A stretch of DNA of 64,000 bases from an uncultured Nitrososphaerota archaeon (GTDB taxonomy: Archaea; Thermoproteota; Nitrososphaeria; Nitrososphaerales; CADDZS01), in NCBI GenBank assembly GCA_963799845.1, contig CAWCYI010000006.1:1536001-1600000 (forward strand), in the 5' to 3' direction. Positions 40,588-50,793 of the stretch are shown here, piece by piece (position 1 is the stretch's first letter; each line of letters starts with the position of its first letter). A model generated the notes under the pieces. The model made no database searches and was not told where the DNA came from. It was given only the letters and a program-made list of their open reading frames with translations. The translations under genes were made by a program, and so were the position numbers.

Positions 40588-41682
40588 TTACTGTACGTCG
40601 CGTTTTGAGATCTTCGAAAGGGCACCTGAAAGTGCATCGAGTCCCTGTCGCGTCTGTGCAGGAGACCTAGTGAGGCACAATCGAAAATGCCCGGGATAAT
40701 CGAAAAACTCGCCCGGGCTGACCAACACCCCGAATTCGTCGATGAGAATCTTGCCCAGTTCAATCGAGGAAATATGCAACTTTACCTTCGGAAACCCGAA
40801 AGGAGCTCCGTCGGGCTCTACCCATTCCACGAACTCCGAGTTGTTTTTGATGAACTCCCGTCCGAGCGACATGCTTTGCCTAGTCATCGTCTTTGTTCTC
40901 TCATCGAACAATTTTTTCTTTTCCAGAACTTCGATCGCAATCATGCAGCTAAAGCGCGCGATCTCTATGCTTACCCACTTGTTCAGGGCCCTTACCCTTT
41001 CCATGACTTTCTTTTCCGCAATCAGCCAGCCTACTCTGATGTCTCCCAGCCCGTAGTACTTTGTCATGCTGCTGGCAACGATGACATTGTCCCCAAAGGA
41101 CCTCGCCATCGGTGAAGGATCATCGGCAAACTCCCTGAAAGTCTCGTCAACAAAAACAGGCAAATCCCTCTTCGCAGCGAAGCGCGCGATCTCCTCCAGA
41201 TCTTTTCCGGAAATCTTCAAGCCGGATGGATTGTTCGAGTTTGTGAGAATGACGAGTCTGGTATTCCTGGAAATAGCATTCAGGACGGATTCGACATTCA
41301 ATCGAAAACCATTCTCGTAGCTGGTACTCACTTCATGCACGCTCGCCCCGAGAATGCGGGGAACTTTGTATTCCGGGGGATAGTTCGGCATTGGTATTAC
41401 GACTTCGTCGCCAGATTTTACGATTGAGGAGATTGCCAGGAATATCGACATCGTGCTCCCGCTGCACGCCATGATTTCATTAGCGGGAACGCCATACACG
41501 CGCCCTAACGATTCCTCCAGCTTCACAGTTCGCAGAGCGGAAAGAGAAATTGGGTCTGTCTCGATTCCGAACTCGTCCAGATTCGGAGCTTCGACCCCGC
41601 TGGAGGCGAGGTTATACTTGGCCCTCTCAACATTCTCATTCAGCCAGTCCAATAGTTCAAAATCTTCGTGCCTGAAAGACAA
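40588..41682 (-). CDS. PLP-dependent aminotransferase class I/II
   Basis: NSNNPSG, VDETF, SMTKYYGLGDIRVGW. Confidence 0.92.
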   Translation of the reverse strand: MSFRHEDFELLDWLNENVERAKYNLASSGVEAPNLDEFGIETDPISLSALRTVKLEESLGRVYGVPANEIMACSGSTMSIFLAISSIVKSGDEVVIPMPNYPPEYKVPRILGASVHEVSTSYENGFRLNVESVLNAISRNTRLVILTNSNNPSGLKISGKDLEEIARFAAKRDLPVFVDETFREFADDPSPMARSFGDNVIVASSMTKYYGLGDIRVGWLIAEKKVMERVRALNKWVSIEIARFSCMIAIEVLEKKKLFDERTKTMTRQSMSLGREFIKNNSEFVEWVEPDGAPFGFPKVKLHISSIELGKILIDEFGVLVSPGEFFDYPGHFRLCLTRSPAQTRQGLDALSGALSKISKRDVQ

Positions 41683-41889
41683 ATGGATCTGCTCTCTTAC
41701 TGGAGGATAAAAGGTGATTTTCGTTGTTCGATGCTGTCATGTTTCCAGCCCCGTCGGAAGGTTGTAGATGAACTGCCGTTGCTTCACTGTGTATTCGGCG
41801 AATGAGTCAAGATCTGCCTTATGCAGAACGCGTCAATTGGATTTCAGTCAAAATGCTATATAGGTTACTGTAATATTACAGAACATACG

Positions 41890-42153
41890 ATGCCTGATTT
41901 ATTCGGAAGATCGAAGCTCAAAGAAGAACTAGATGCCTGGCAAAAATATTCCGACTCACTGCTCCCTGACGACAGGGCGGCTTTAGAGAGGACAATCCAG
42001 AACGCGATGCAGTACGGGGAGTTCGTCGAGGATGCTCCCAGGGGGCACGAGACTGAAGCGTTTCTCCTTAGCATCCTTCTCTCCCAGCAAAAGAAGATTG
42101 AGGAGCTAAAGCGAGCGTTTGCAAACCAGAAAAAAGATTGGGCGAATCGATAG
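41890..42153 (+). CDS. Small helical conserved archaeal protein
   Basis: 'ELDAWQKYSDSL..DDRAAL...EAFLLSILLSQQKKI' resembles a small family often found near archaeal PolB2 loci (recall, not searched). Confidence 0.55.
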   Translation: MPDLFGRSKLKEELDAWQKYSDSLLPDDRAALERTIQNAMQYGEFVEDAPRGHETEAFLLSILLSQQKKIEELKRAFANQKKDWANR

Positions 42154-42568
42154 ACGGGTCTGCAGGTCTATCTGTCCGCAGCACCTCTCACCGTGTGAGA
42201 ATAGTCACAATAAGAACGATGAATTACATGAGCACATAACGCTCAACGGAAATCTGTGCATGTGGGGGTAGTTCCAACTTCGGGTCGTTTTCCAATTCTC
42301 ATGCAACGGCTTGATTTGCGATTCGAGTTGCGATGAGGGTACTCTCATGTTGTGAAAATTAGAGCATTCATTCACATTCGTTTTTCCTAATCCTCGGAAC
42401 CAATTGTTGAGTAATGTGTCAGTTTCCTTGGCCAGGCCAGCTTGTTAGATTGAGACGCCCGAATATCTCGCTTTGCGATTTAAGCATGGATTGGTCACAC
42501 GCCCTCTGGGCCAACACTCCGGAGGCCGAAACCGTCTACCTTAGATACTACTACCCAGGAAGCGAAGA

Positions 42569-42760
42569 TTGAAATTGAACATCGGAATCAATTACATGCT
42601 TCTTCTGGTCATTTCCGGCGCGATTTCGAGCGGCCTTCTGAGCTCGGGCCATTTTGTCCCATCGCTGATCTTGATGGGACTCACGGCGGCGGCACTTTTT
42701 TACTTCGAGCGAAAAGAAAAGAAATCGCAGCAGATCTTGCGAGACAAACCAGTTTATTAG
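42569..42760 (+). CDS. Small two-TM protein
   Basis: Two hydrophobic helices and a basic tail. Confidence 0.5.
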   Translation: MKLNIGINYMLLLVISGAISSGLLSSGHFVPSLILMGLTAAALFYFERKEKKSQQILRDKPVY

Positions 42761-42766
42761 CGACTG

Positions 42767-43636
42767 TTAGGGCAGCACGTTAAAGTGCAACAGCACTAGA
42801 TCGCCCCACTCGTCTCCGCCCGCGACCGTGTACGTCCCGGTCTCAAACGGGATAGATCCGAACGTGAAACACGTGCAGTTATCAGGCCCCGGAAGATCCC
42901 GGCAGCAGTATCCGCTCAACGGTATTGCTCTTTCCGCGTCTCCGAGCGGGTTATTATCGCGGGTGGTTTCTGTCACCGTCAGGGTCGCGGTCGAGCTCGT
43001 AAGAAATGATACAGAAGATTGAGGGACAGAGATCATCCTGACGTAGGTACTCTTCGGATCAAAAACAAAGTAAGCCGGCGAAACATAAACCGGGCAAGAT
43101 GTCGGGGCAAACAGAGACAGCGGCACTCCACTCGTTATGTTAGACCTCGTGTAATATCCCTTCAACACTGCTATTCCGAATGGTTCGTTAAACGCAGAAC
43201 ATGCTCCCGGCGAAAGACCAGGCAGCGGCCAGTCCTGGGGCGCTGTAAGATTGTTGTTTATCTGCAGAGTGTTGAAAAGAGAAACCACGATCAGGATTGC
43301 TCCCGACTCGTTCGACATGTTAGGATGCGAGAATATCTCGCTCGCATTGGTCGCGAGCTCAAGCTCGAGGCCCGTGGAGTAGTTGAGCGAATCAACTTCA
43401 ATCGGAGCGAGCAAGATACTGCTCGTACTCGTTATAGTCTGAACCAAAATCTCGGTCGTCGTTGTGGGCGCGATTGCGGTGACGGTCTCCTGAGTCATCT
43501 GCGTTATCGTCGTAGGAGGTAGAGTCGTGATGCTCTTTGGCACAAAAAGGTAGTAAGTACTTGCGGCCGAGCCCAGTATGGAAACGAAGACGATCATAGC
43601 GATCGCCGCCAGGATCACCCCGCGAGAAATTCGCAA
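42767..43636 (-). CDS. Membrane-anchored extracellular Thr-rich protein
   Basis: N-terminal TM, T-rich linker, C-terminal 'GTYTVAGGDEWG..VLLHF'. Confidence 0.75.
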   Translation of the reverse strand: MRISRGVILAAIAMIVFVSILGSAASTYYLFVPKSITTLPPTTITQMTQETVTAIAPTTTTEILVQTITSTSSILLAPIEVDSLNYSTGLELELATNASEIFSHPNMSNESGAILIVVSLFNTLQINNNLTAPQDWPLPGLSPGACSAFNEPFGIAVLKGYYTRSNITSGVPLSLFAPTSCPVYVSPAYFVFDPKSTYVRMISVPQSSVSFLTSSTATLTVTETTRDNNPLGDAERAIPLSGYCCRDLPGPDNCTCFTFGSIPFETGTYTVAGGDEWGDLVLLHFNVLP

Positions 43637-44003
43637 ACCCCAAAGCCTATTCAGAATAGAAGAACTCCAGTTATTTTTAGGTTATGCAGGATTAGATAGC
43701 ATGATCGTGAGAGAAATGTGAATGGGAAGCGCCGTCATAAGACAACGGGGTTTTGTTGCAGTGACTCGGAGGGAAACAGCTCATCGTAACGGTCGCAGTC
43801 ATCTGTCTTCTCAGTTGTTTATGTCCTATCGCAAATTAAAGTCGCGAGACTTCATCCGAGAAATGTTTAAACCAAATTCTATGCATACCCAACATATCGA
43901 AATGAGTCTCGAGAAACCTCTATCACGTAAAGAGATAGAAGAGTTGGACCAGCTGCTGAATTCTAAAGAAAAATTCGAGAAACGCAGCCGTGGAGCTACC
44001 GAT

Positions 44004-44429
44004 TTAACTCCCCAACGAGAATGATCGCCACGATACGCTTTCGGGCTCGACTTCAATTATCACCTCCATTGGCATTGCCCGGACAGTTGCGGCCATCTTT
44101 CTCAGTGTCTCGGGGTCAAGGTACTTCAGAGCTATCTTGCGCATATAGTCCTCAAATTTCCGATCTTTGCTGATCTTGGCTTTCCCCCTGATTCTGACGT
44201 AGGTTCCAAGCAGGTTGTCCTCGAAGGCGACGATTGTTACACGCCCATCCCTCTTGACGTTTTTGGCCTTGACAGAGTTCACATTGGTTGAAACGAAAAG
44301 TTTCCCATCCTCAAGAATAAACGACACGGGAGAAACGTTCGCCGTACCATCTTTGTTTATGCTCGCGAAAGCGGCAAGATGCGGTTGATTCAGAAAATCA
44401 ATTTCCTTTTGGGTTAGAGTGACATTCAT
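44004..44429 (-). CDS. Pyridoxamine 5'-phosphate oxidase-like (PPOX, F420-binding) protein
   Basis: 'AAFASINKDGTANVSPV', 'KAKNVKRDGRV', 'VRIRGKA'. Confidence 0.85.
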   Translation of the reverse strand: MNVTLTQKEIDFLNQPHLAAFASINKDGTANVSPVSFILEDGKLFVSTNVNSVKAKNVKRDGRVTIVAFEDNLLGTYVRIRGKAKISKDRKFEDYMRKIALKYLDPETLRKMAATVRAMPMEVIIEVEPESVSWRSFSLGS

Positions 44430-44896
44430 TCCTATTTTTTCCTCTCCCCACTGAGAATCGAGAGCCTCACTGAAATGGTTGTCGACGTCGTTGCTGCAGC
44501 CGTCTGAGATCACAAGACCATAATTGTCGAGAACGTCAAAGTTGCCAAGCCACTCTGCGTTGAAATCGAGCCGTTGTTGACAGTGCCATAATTTGCAAAA
44601 CCGAGAGAGTTATTGCTAAGCAAAAGAGTAACGCGGGAAAATCACGCGTGCGGTATAAGGTCTCACATGCTCAGCGGTTTGAATGGGATTGGGCCTGCGG
44701 ATGTTACCTGGATGGCTCGAAGAAAATGGAGTTCTAGGCAATTAACTACGGAGAGAGGGAAATTCAATCAAGGTCGTTCGATACCTCATGCCCTAAACCG
44801 GACTGACGACGGAAAGTCCCCAAATTGTTCTATCGAATGATTTGGGGTTCTGCCTTTAACAGCTTCTTTCCGTGAATAGTAAACCTCATGTTTAAA

Positions 44897-46074
44897 CAGT
44901 AGATGCGAATGAATTCAAGCGTTTTCGGCCGTAATTATTATGGCCAGCGTGCCTTAGGGCTTCTTTCCGACATTCATTGAAGGTCAATTCAAGAAGCTGC
45001 ATGAATTCGTGAAGAAAAGTATCTCAGGATTGCTAACATACGACCTCAAGGAGAGAGCCATTTACTCAAAAGCCGATCACCTAAAACTGCTTATTTCTGC
45101 AAGCTTGGTGAATGGGTTTGCAGAAGGTGTTTCAAAGTCTCTAGACGAATCACCGACAGCAGAAACTCTTCTTTCGTACATCAAATCACAAAGAGAAGAG
45201 AGGCTCAAACGAATCTTCGATGATTTGGTAGACATGAATGTAAAGAAGCTCCGAAAACGACGGAAATTACGACTTCCAGTCCCCGTAGCGGTGGATCTGC
45301 ACGATGTCATGTATTACGGCGATCATGAAGAAACACCGATGGTCATCGGAACCATGCACCGAGATGGAAGCAATTATGCGTTCAAGTATCTTACAGCTTC
45401 TGTTCTGGTAGATGGGGAAAGACTGATCGTAGCTGTTACAGGGTTAGAATCAGCTGCGGAACTTGCTTCATCTGCCGAACAAATTGTGCGAAAACTGCGA
45501 GAAGAGCTGGAAATCAGAATTCGATACTTGGTGTTTGACGGTGGATTCCTTAGCACAGGCTTCCTGAGATTTCTTGAGGAATCTGGACTCAAGTACATCG
45601 TCCGAATGGCTCCGACCTACAGCACAAAGAAAATGAGGCTCTGGAATGGCAGGAGATTCACATACACGACTAGTGGACACAGGAGAAGAAAGTCCGAACA
45701 AACGTCATTTGATGTGGTCGTGGTCTACGACAAATCAAAGGATTACAAGTACCTGTTTGCAACCAATCTTCCCTACAAAGCTGAGACAGTATTGAGATTG
45801 TTCAAGAATCGTTGGGGCATAGAGACGAGCTACCGGATGTCAAATCAGTTCCTGGTAAAAACAACATCAAGGAACTATGTTGTAAGGTTATTTTACTATC
45901 TCTTTGCATGTCTTGTATACAACGCGTGGGTCATGTACAATGCCGATCGAGAGATACTCCATCCGAATGACTATGTATCGATCAAAGTAATCCAAATGAA
46001 ACTCTATCTCATCGGTCTAATAATGAACGGGTCATTTGACATGAGAGGAAAGCATACTTGATTCGCATCTACTG
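44897..46074 (+). mobile_element. Insertion sequence, ISH3/IS4-like, 1178 bp
   Basis: Perfect 14-bp TIR CAGTAGATGCGAAT at both ends; 4-bp TSD TAAA (44893-44896, 46075-46078). Confidence 0.92.
45009..46061 (+). CDS. DDE transposase (ISH3/IS4 superfamily)
   Basis: AVDLHDVMYYG, VFDGGF, 'FKNRWGIETSYR' (YREK-like). Confidence 0.92.
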   Translation: MKKSISGLLTYDLKERAIYSKADHLKLLISASLVNGFAEGVSKSLDESPTAETLLSYIKSQREERLKRIFDDLVDMNVKKLRKRRKLRLPVPVAVDLHDVMYYGDHEETPMVIGTMHRDGSNYAFKYLTASVLVDGERLIVAVTGLESAAELASSAEQIVRKLREELEIRIRYLVFDGGFLSTGFLRFLEESGLKYIVRMAPTYSTKKMRLWNGRRFTYTTSGHRRRKSEQTSFDVVVVYDKSKDYKYLFATNLPYKAETVLRLFKNRWGIETSYRMSNQFLVKTTSRNYVVRLFYYLFACLVYNAWVMYNADREILHPNDYVSIKVIQMKLYLIGLIMNGSFDMRGKHT

Positions 46075-46671
46075 TAAAGCGCCGGGAACAATCCTGCATT
46101 CTGTCATGCTCATACCGTAGGCCGCGCATAATCCTTTCCAGTATTCGGTAATGAATGCCAAGAACTCTTCGGAGTATGGACTTATCATATGAAGCGAAAC
46201 GGATTGATGATCCCCCTCGAGAGTCTTTGCCGTAGTAATGTCGTTCTCGATGAAATGTAGCTTGCCACTTGTGAACGATTTCTCAAGTTGGTTAGCCAGT
46301 TGCCACAGATTTTCAATGGTTGGAAAGCACATCTGCAGATAAACTCCAAAATTAAAGCCAGCTTTATACCACATTTTCGCAAACCTCTCCCTATCAAAAT
46401 TCGCAAAATCCCGCGCGAACTCTTCAAGGAGATCCCTTCCCATGAACTGAAACACTCCTATATCCTTTCCAATGCGGTTCATAATCCAAGCACCGTAAAT
46501 TTCGTCAGGTCGGCCACCTTTTTCGCAAATTCTCAGAGCTTCACGGAGACATTCGTTGGCCATGGCGTAGGATGTCTTATCCTCTTTTTCCGCAATCTTC
46601 GACAGTTGCGAGGCTATTTCATCACTAACTGCTATGCTGGATCTTCCCATTTGACCGTCGAACATTGCCAA
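46069..46671 (-). CDS. RHH plus V4R-like protein, C-terminus cut by the IS (native end at 44830)
   Basis: N-terminal 'SSIAVSDEIASQLSKIAE'; removing the IS and one TSD restores ...PGAL-NMRFTIHGKKLLKAEPQIIR*. Confidence 0.75.
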   Translation of the reverse strand: MAMFDGQMGRSSIAVSDEIASQLSKIAEKEDKTSYAMANECLREALRICEKGGRPDEIYGAWIMNRIGKDIGVFQFMGRDLLEEFARDFANFDRERFAKMWYKAGFNFGVYLQMCFPTIENLWQLANQLEKSFTSGKLHFIENDITTAKTLEGDHQSVSLHMISPYSEEFLAFITEYWKGLCAAYGMSMTECRIVPGALQ

Positions 46672-46716
46672 GCCGGACTCTGATTTAGGTTTTCAGATGA
46701 TTCTAGGATTCTGGTA

Positions 46717-47359
46717 AGTTCTGTCCATTCTCCGTCGGATTTCCAGAATTTTCTCCGTGTCTAAAATCGTCGGATCTGCAAATTAGTTGGTTAGAGTTTA
46801 TTAGAGAATGACTTGACCATTGTCAAGAACCTGCGAGAGATTATGAAACGGGAATCCAATGTGCATGAAGGATTTCTTTCAGGGGCAGGGTTCTTTGGAG
46901 CAGTCTCAATAACGGCTCTAGTTCTAGTTCTTTCGTTTCCATCTACATTCCAAGTTAATGGCTGGTACTTTAGCAGTCTTCTCTCTTTGTTAGCAATAGC
47001 AAGCTCAACTCTGTAATTGCTACATTTTCTTCTATCGTAGTCTGGGGTAGGGAGTCTTATGGCGAAGAATTTAGGGAAGGCATAAGGAAATTTACAGCTG
47101 TAACTCTGGCAATTTCCATGTGTGCCTTGTTGATAGTCATACCGATGATCCTAGCTCCGGTTTCGTCTTTCGCCATGATCGTCGCTGCCCTCTTTGAGGG
47201 CATATCCCTTCTTGTGTATCTTTGGACAGCCCTGAAGTTTCGTCCCCATAAGTGATCGGCCTCAAGCATCTGGAGGCTTTCGTTAATTTTTGGACTTCCA
47301 ACCGTCGAATTTAGACGGCCGCAAGTTTCATACCTGACCGCCAAAGATTAGACAGAACT
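46717..47359. mobile_element. Candidate TIR-bounded derivative of the tnpB element family carrying a passenger gene
   Basis: AGTTCTGTCCATTCTCCGTCGG and inverted CCGCCAAAGATTAGACAGAACT match the tnpB-element ends at 18-19/22. Confidence 0.6.
46843..47255 (+). CDS. Four-TM membrane protein (frameshift near 47010)
   Basis: ORF 46813-47016 continues in another frame 'SVIATFSSIVVWG...LLVYLWTALKFRPHK*'. Confidence 0.6.
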
Positions 47360-47443
47360 GATCGGCGATAAGTTCATGTTCTTTTGCTTAGCAGAATCGA
47401 TTCTAGACGTTTGTAGACAACTATCTATGCTTGAACACTCCAG

Positions 47444-47818
47444 ATGAAATATTTGATCGCACGGAACATACCGAAATGGGAAGTTTTCCGATTGAATAAG
47501 ATTGATGAGGCGTTCAAGAAAGCGGTCTCGGAATCAATCGAGGCGGTCCTGGGTACTTCAGGCGAGAAGATCCTGTATTCGATTCTCAAAAGAGACTATG
47601 GAGTGAGCAAAGATGACGTTGCTGAAAATCCAGAATTGCTGGTTAAGGCGCTCGAGAATTTGTTGGGGCCAGCGGGGAAAGATTTGTTGGTAAGGCTGGT
47701 CTCGGACCAACTCACTAAGGATTTGCGCCTGAAAGAAGGCTTTGGAAGCAAATCTATACCGGAAATCTTGAACCAAGCACGCCAGAAGTTTTTCAACGAG
47801 AGCCAAGCTGTAGAATGA
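47444..47818 (+). CDS. Small helical hypothetical protein (paralog of 11500-11874)
   Basis: 'SIEAVLGTSGEKILYSILKRDYG...NPELLVKALENLLG'. Confidence 0.7.
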   Translation: MKYLIARNIPKWEVFRLNKIDEAFKKAVSESIEAVLGTSGEKILYSILKRDYGVSKDDVAENPELLVKALENLLGPAGKDLLVRLVSDQLTKDLRLKEGFGSKSIPEILNQARQKFFNESQAVE

Positions 47819-48620
47819 GCAATGAATACTTTACAAGATATTTGTCGATAACTAAGCCAAGGGGGGCCACATTTTCGAGTTCTTGGTTTACGGAATCTAT
47901 AAGCCTGGAACTTTCATAAAAATTGCAGAGGTGTATTCGAGGCACGGCATTGATATCAGGTCAATATTCGCATAGCCGGATCAAGGAGACGAGAGTTTCT
48001 TTGTGTCCACTGCTTTTTGTGATATGTCGAAGGCAGACTGCACGACGGATATCATTGTCTCCGAGCTCCGAAGTTTGTCTTTTGTAAGGAAAGTCCTCTT
48101 TGCTGACATGAAGGGAAGGCTCTTTGACAGATTCCTGTTCCCGACCATGATCATGAACAAGAATCGCGTAATTCTGATGCGCGTAGAAGCGCTTCTCAAG
48201 ATAGAAAAATTCTTGATGGATGAGATTGGCTCCGGCGGTGCCGGAATGATGTTTAACGAAGGAAAAATCTATGGTGGAGAGGTGGTGAAGCAGTATCGAC
48301 TAGCTCTCCCTAATTCCACCACCGAGGTTCTTGTAGAGAATATCCTAGATGGGCTCAGGGCAACTGGCTGGGGACTATTCCAGTTCAGAAAGGTGGAAGA
48401 TGGGTTTGAGGTGACGGTTAATGACGCACCCATCCTTGACGCTGATAGCAACTACAGGGAAAATCGCTTTTACTACGGCGCCGGAGCAAAAATACTTGAA
48501 GACCTGTACGGTAAGCAGCTTGTTCTGGAAAAGTCCAGCTTTGATCTAAAAAACAAAAAACTGACGTTCAAGCTCAGGCAGGCAGGTCTCGGTCCTGGTA
48601 ATATTATTGGTGGATCGTAG
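47815..48620 (+). CDS. ACT plus V4R-like domain protein; N-terminus interrupted by a G-run frameshift and an in-frame TAG
   Basis: Upstream frame 'FLVYGIYKPGTFIKIAEVYSRHGIDIRSIFA*PDQG' (ACT) joins ORF 48003-48620 with 'ATGWG'. Confidence 0.7.
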
Positions 48621-48664
48621 AAAGTTGTAAATGCAGAATTCCCTTTCCATCAGAATACGTACTC

Positions 48665-49195
48665 ATGAGCAAAAAGCCCGATAGGTCTACTACGAGGTCG
48701 TTCCGAGTCAATGACGCGGCCCTAAAAGTTATCGAGAAAGAAGCAGAAAGCCAGGGAGTTTCCGTAAACACGTTCGTGAATCAGTTATTCACGAAATATG
48801 CGAAAGTTCAGAGGTTCCTTGCCAAAGAAAGATGGTTCCAGCTTCCTGAACCAGTTTTGAAAGACGTTTTCGCTCTACTTACGGAAGACGAGATTGCGGA
48901 AGTAGGAAAGAAACACGGTAAGACGACTGGATTCCAAAACCTTCTTCGCGCAATGACAGGAGGAACCTCACCTGCAAACTTTATTCTTTTCTTGAAAATG
49001 ATCTGCGACACTAACTCGATAAATTACACCGATGTCGAAGATGGCCGAACAAGACGTTTTGCAGTTATGCATGAAGTGAATAAGCAATTTTCAATTTACC
49101 TTGCAAACCAGGCTTCAACGACCCTTGAAAATTACGGCATTTTCCCAAAGATCATTTTAGACGATAGAGTAGTAGTCATCGAATTCGAAACTTGA
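48665..49195 (+). CDS. RHH DNA-binding domain plus V4R-like domain protein
   Basis: 'TRSFRV...IEKEAESQGVSVNTFVNQLF'. Confidence 0.75.
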   Translation: MSKKPDRSTTRSFRVNDAALKVIEKEAESQGVSVNTFVNQLFTKYAKVQRFLAKERWFQLPEPVLKDVFALLTEDEIAEVGKKHGKTTGFQNLLRAMTGGTSPANFILFLKMICDTNSINYTDVEDGRTRRFAVMHEVNKQFSIYLANQASTTLENYGIFPKIILDDRVVVIEFET

Positions 49196-49308
49196 TCTGC
49201 AATCTTAGATCGTCTCAGCGGTTGTAAAAGGTTGCACTTGGTTGCAACAAATACGTGTCGAAAATATAGTTCCACTGCGTTCCAAGACTCTTGAGGTAAT
49301 AACTCAAA

Positions 49309-49824
49309 ATGACAGAAATGGTATTATTAGCTTTCGACGGAGTAGAGACAGCAGACAAGGCAAAGAACAGATTGGTTGGCCTAGACAGTCAATACCTGAT
49401 TGACTTGGACCAGGTGATCGAAGTAGTCAGGAAACCCGATGGTCAGGTCAAGATCAAAGAAGAGCCAAGACTGACCAGCGTAGGGGCTCTGGGAGGTGGC
49501 TTCTGGGGATTCCTGGTTGGCTTGATCTTCTTGGTTCCTGCGGCAGGATTCCTAATTGGTACGGCGACCGGCGCAATAGCAGGACACTTTGCAAAATACG
49601 GAATCACAAAAGAGTACATGCAACAAATCAACGAAGCGATTCAGCCCGGACAGTCGGCCCTCTTTGCCCTCGCCGAAGATGTAAAGGTCGACAAAGTGGT
49701 TCCGATGCTCACAGAGTTTCACCCCCGAGTTCTCAGGACGTCGCTAACGACTGAGCAGGAAACGAAACTGAAAGAGGCATTCGGTACTTCCACTGCAACA
49801 GTCAGCGTACCTGCGAGCGTGTAA
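49309..49824 (+). CDS. DUF1269 (COG4803) glycine-zipper membrane protein, copy A1
   Basis: 'GALGGGFWGFLVGLIFLVP...GAIAG', 'IQPGQSALF', 'VLRTSL..EQE.KL'. Confidence 0.85.
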   Translation: MTEMVLLAFDGVETADKAKNRLVGLDSQYLIDLDQVIEVVRKPDGQVKIKEEPRLTSVGALGGGFWGFLVGLIFLVPAAGFLIGTATGAIAGHFAKYGITKEYMQQINEAIQPGQSALFALAEDVKVDKVVPMLTEFHPRVLRTSLTTEQETKLKEAFGTSTATVSVPASV

Positions 49825-49835
49825 AAAAAGAGGAG

Positions 49836-50132
49836 ATGTCTAGGAATATGCAGACAAACGACTATCCCACGGAAGAAGAGCTGGTGAGCGACGAGAAGAC
49901 TCTCGAAGGAGCTCTCCCATTCGACGAGTATGGGAAGGATCAAGAAAAGCTTCGGGGGCAGATTGATCGACTGGAGAAAGAGTACGACGGAAGGGAGAAA
50001 GTCATAGGGAGGATCATGGAATACGGCACCGGGATCGAGACGGAAAAGGCTCTTCGCATGTATCCGACGCCAGTCCTGGAAAAGTGGGAAGAGAGTCTCG
50101 AAACCTACAGGGCTTCCCAGCTGAAGAAGTAA
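49836..50132 (+). CDS. Small acidic hypothetical protein, copy X1
   Basis: Highly similar paralog at 51568-51861. Confidence 0.8.
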   Translation: MSRNMQTNDYPTEEELVSDEKTLEGALPFDEYGKDQEKLRGQIDRLEKEYDGREKVIGRIMEYGTGIETEKALRMYPTPVLEKWEESLETYRASQLKK

Positions 50133-50180
50133 GCAAACTCCCCGCGCTGTAACCAGGTCCCCAAACAAAAAGAGCAAGAG

Positions 50181-50678
50181 GTGAGAGCCGAAATGTCGCA
50201 ATATGCCTTTGATGTAAGAGAGGGTATCATCACCAACAAGAAGCTTGGGCTGCGGAGTTTCGTTTTAGGCGCACGACAGTGGAACTCTCTAGTGGAGAAG
50301 ATGTATGACAATTTCGGCTCTGCGGCAGAAGTCATATTGTTTGATGCGGGCAAGCCATACGGCCGCTCGGTCCTGGAAACAGAACGAGAAAGAGATTCAA
50401 GCGCAAAGGCAGCAATATATCTTCTTTCACACGAAGCACAAGCAGCGGGTTGGGGGCAGATTACCGTCTCTAGGGACTCTCCAAGAGAAATTAATGTGAG
50501 GGTGCGGAAATGCGTATTCTGCGCTGATGCGCGCAACCCCGATCAAAGAAAGGTCGGGTGCTATTTTTTGAGAGGCGTCATCTCAGACTACGCAAGCATC
50601 CTATTCAATCAACAAAACCATGTCGATGAAACCCATTGTGGAAACGACTATTGCGAATTTAGGGTGAAACTATCCTGA
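50181..50678 (+). CDS. V4R domain protein
   Basis: 'AAGWGQI', CVFC, 'CYFLRGVI', 'ETHC...YCEF'. Confidence 0.85.
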   Translation: MRAEMSQYAFDVREGIITNKKLGLRSFVLGARQWNSLVEKMYDNFGSAAEVILFDAGKPYGRSVLETERERDSSAKAAIYLLSHEAQAAGWGQITVSRDSPREINVRVRKCVFCADARNPDQRKVGCYFLRGVISDYASILFNQQNHVDETHCGNDYCEFRVKLS

Positions 50679-50793
50679 AAACTCGTCTGCTCTAAGCGGA
50701 TTTGGAATTATCTTCAAAGAACCAGCCTTCGTACTCAAAATCATGCCGAGCGCCGTCTGACTAATAAACAAAGGAAGATAGCGATCCGACAAC

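Noticed and set aside
44575-44587. GTTGACAGTGCC as an IS26-like terminal repeat
   Set aside because: Single short match with no partner or transposase
44795-44822. Hammerhead ribozyme core (CTGACGA...GAAA)
   Set aside because: No stem II between the core motifs and no stem III/cleavage triplet arrangement
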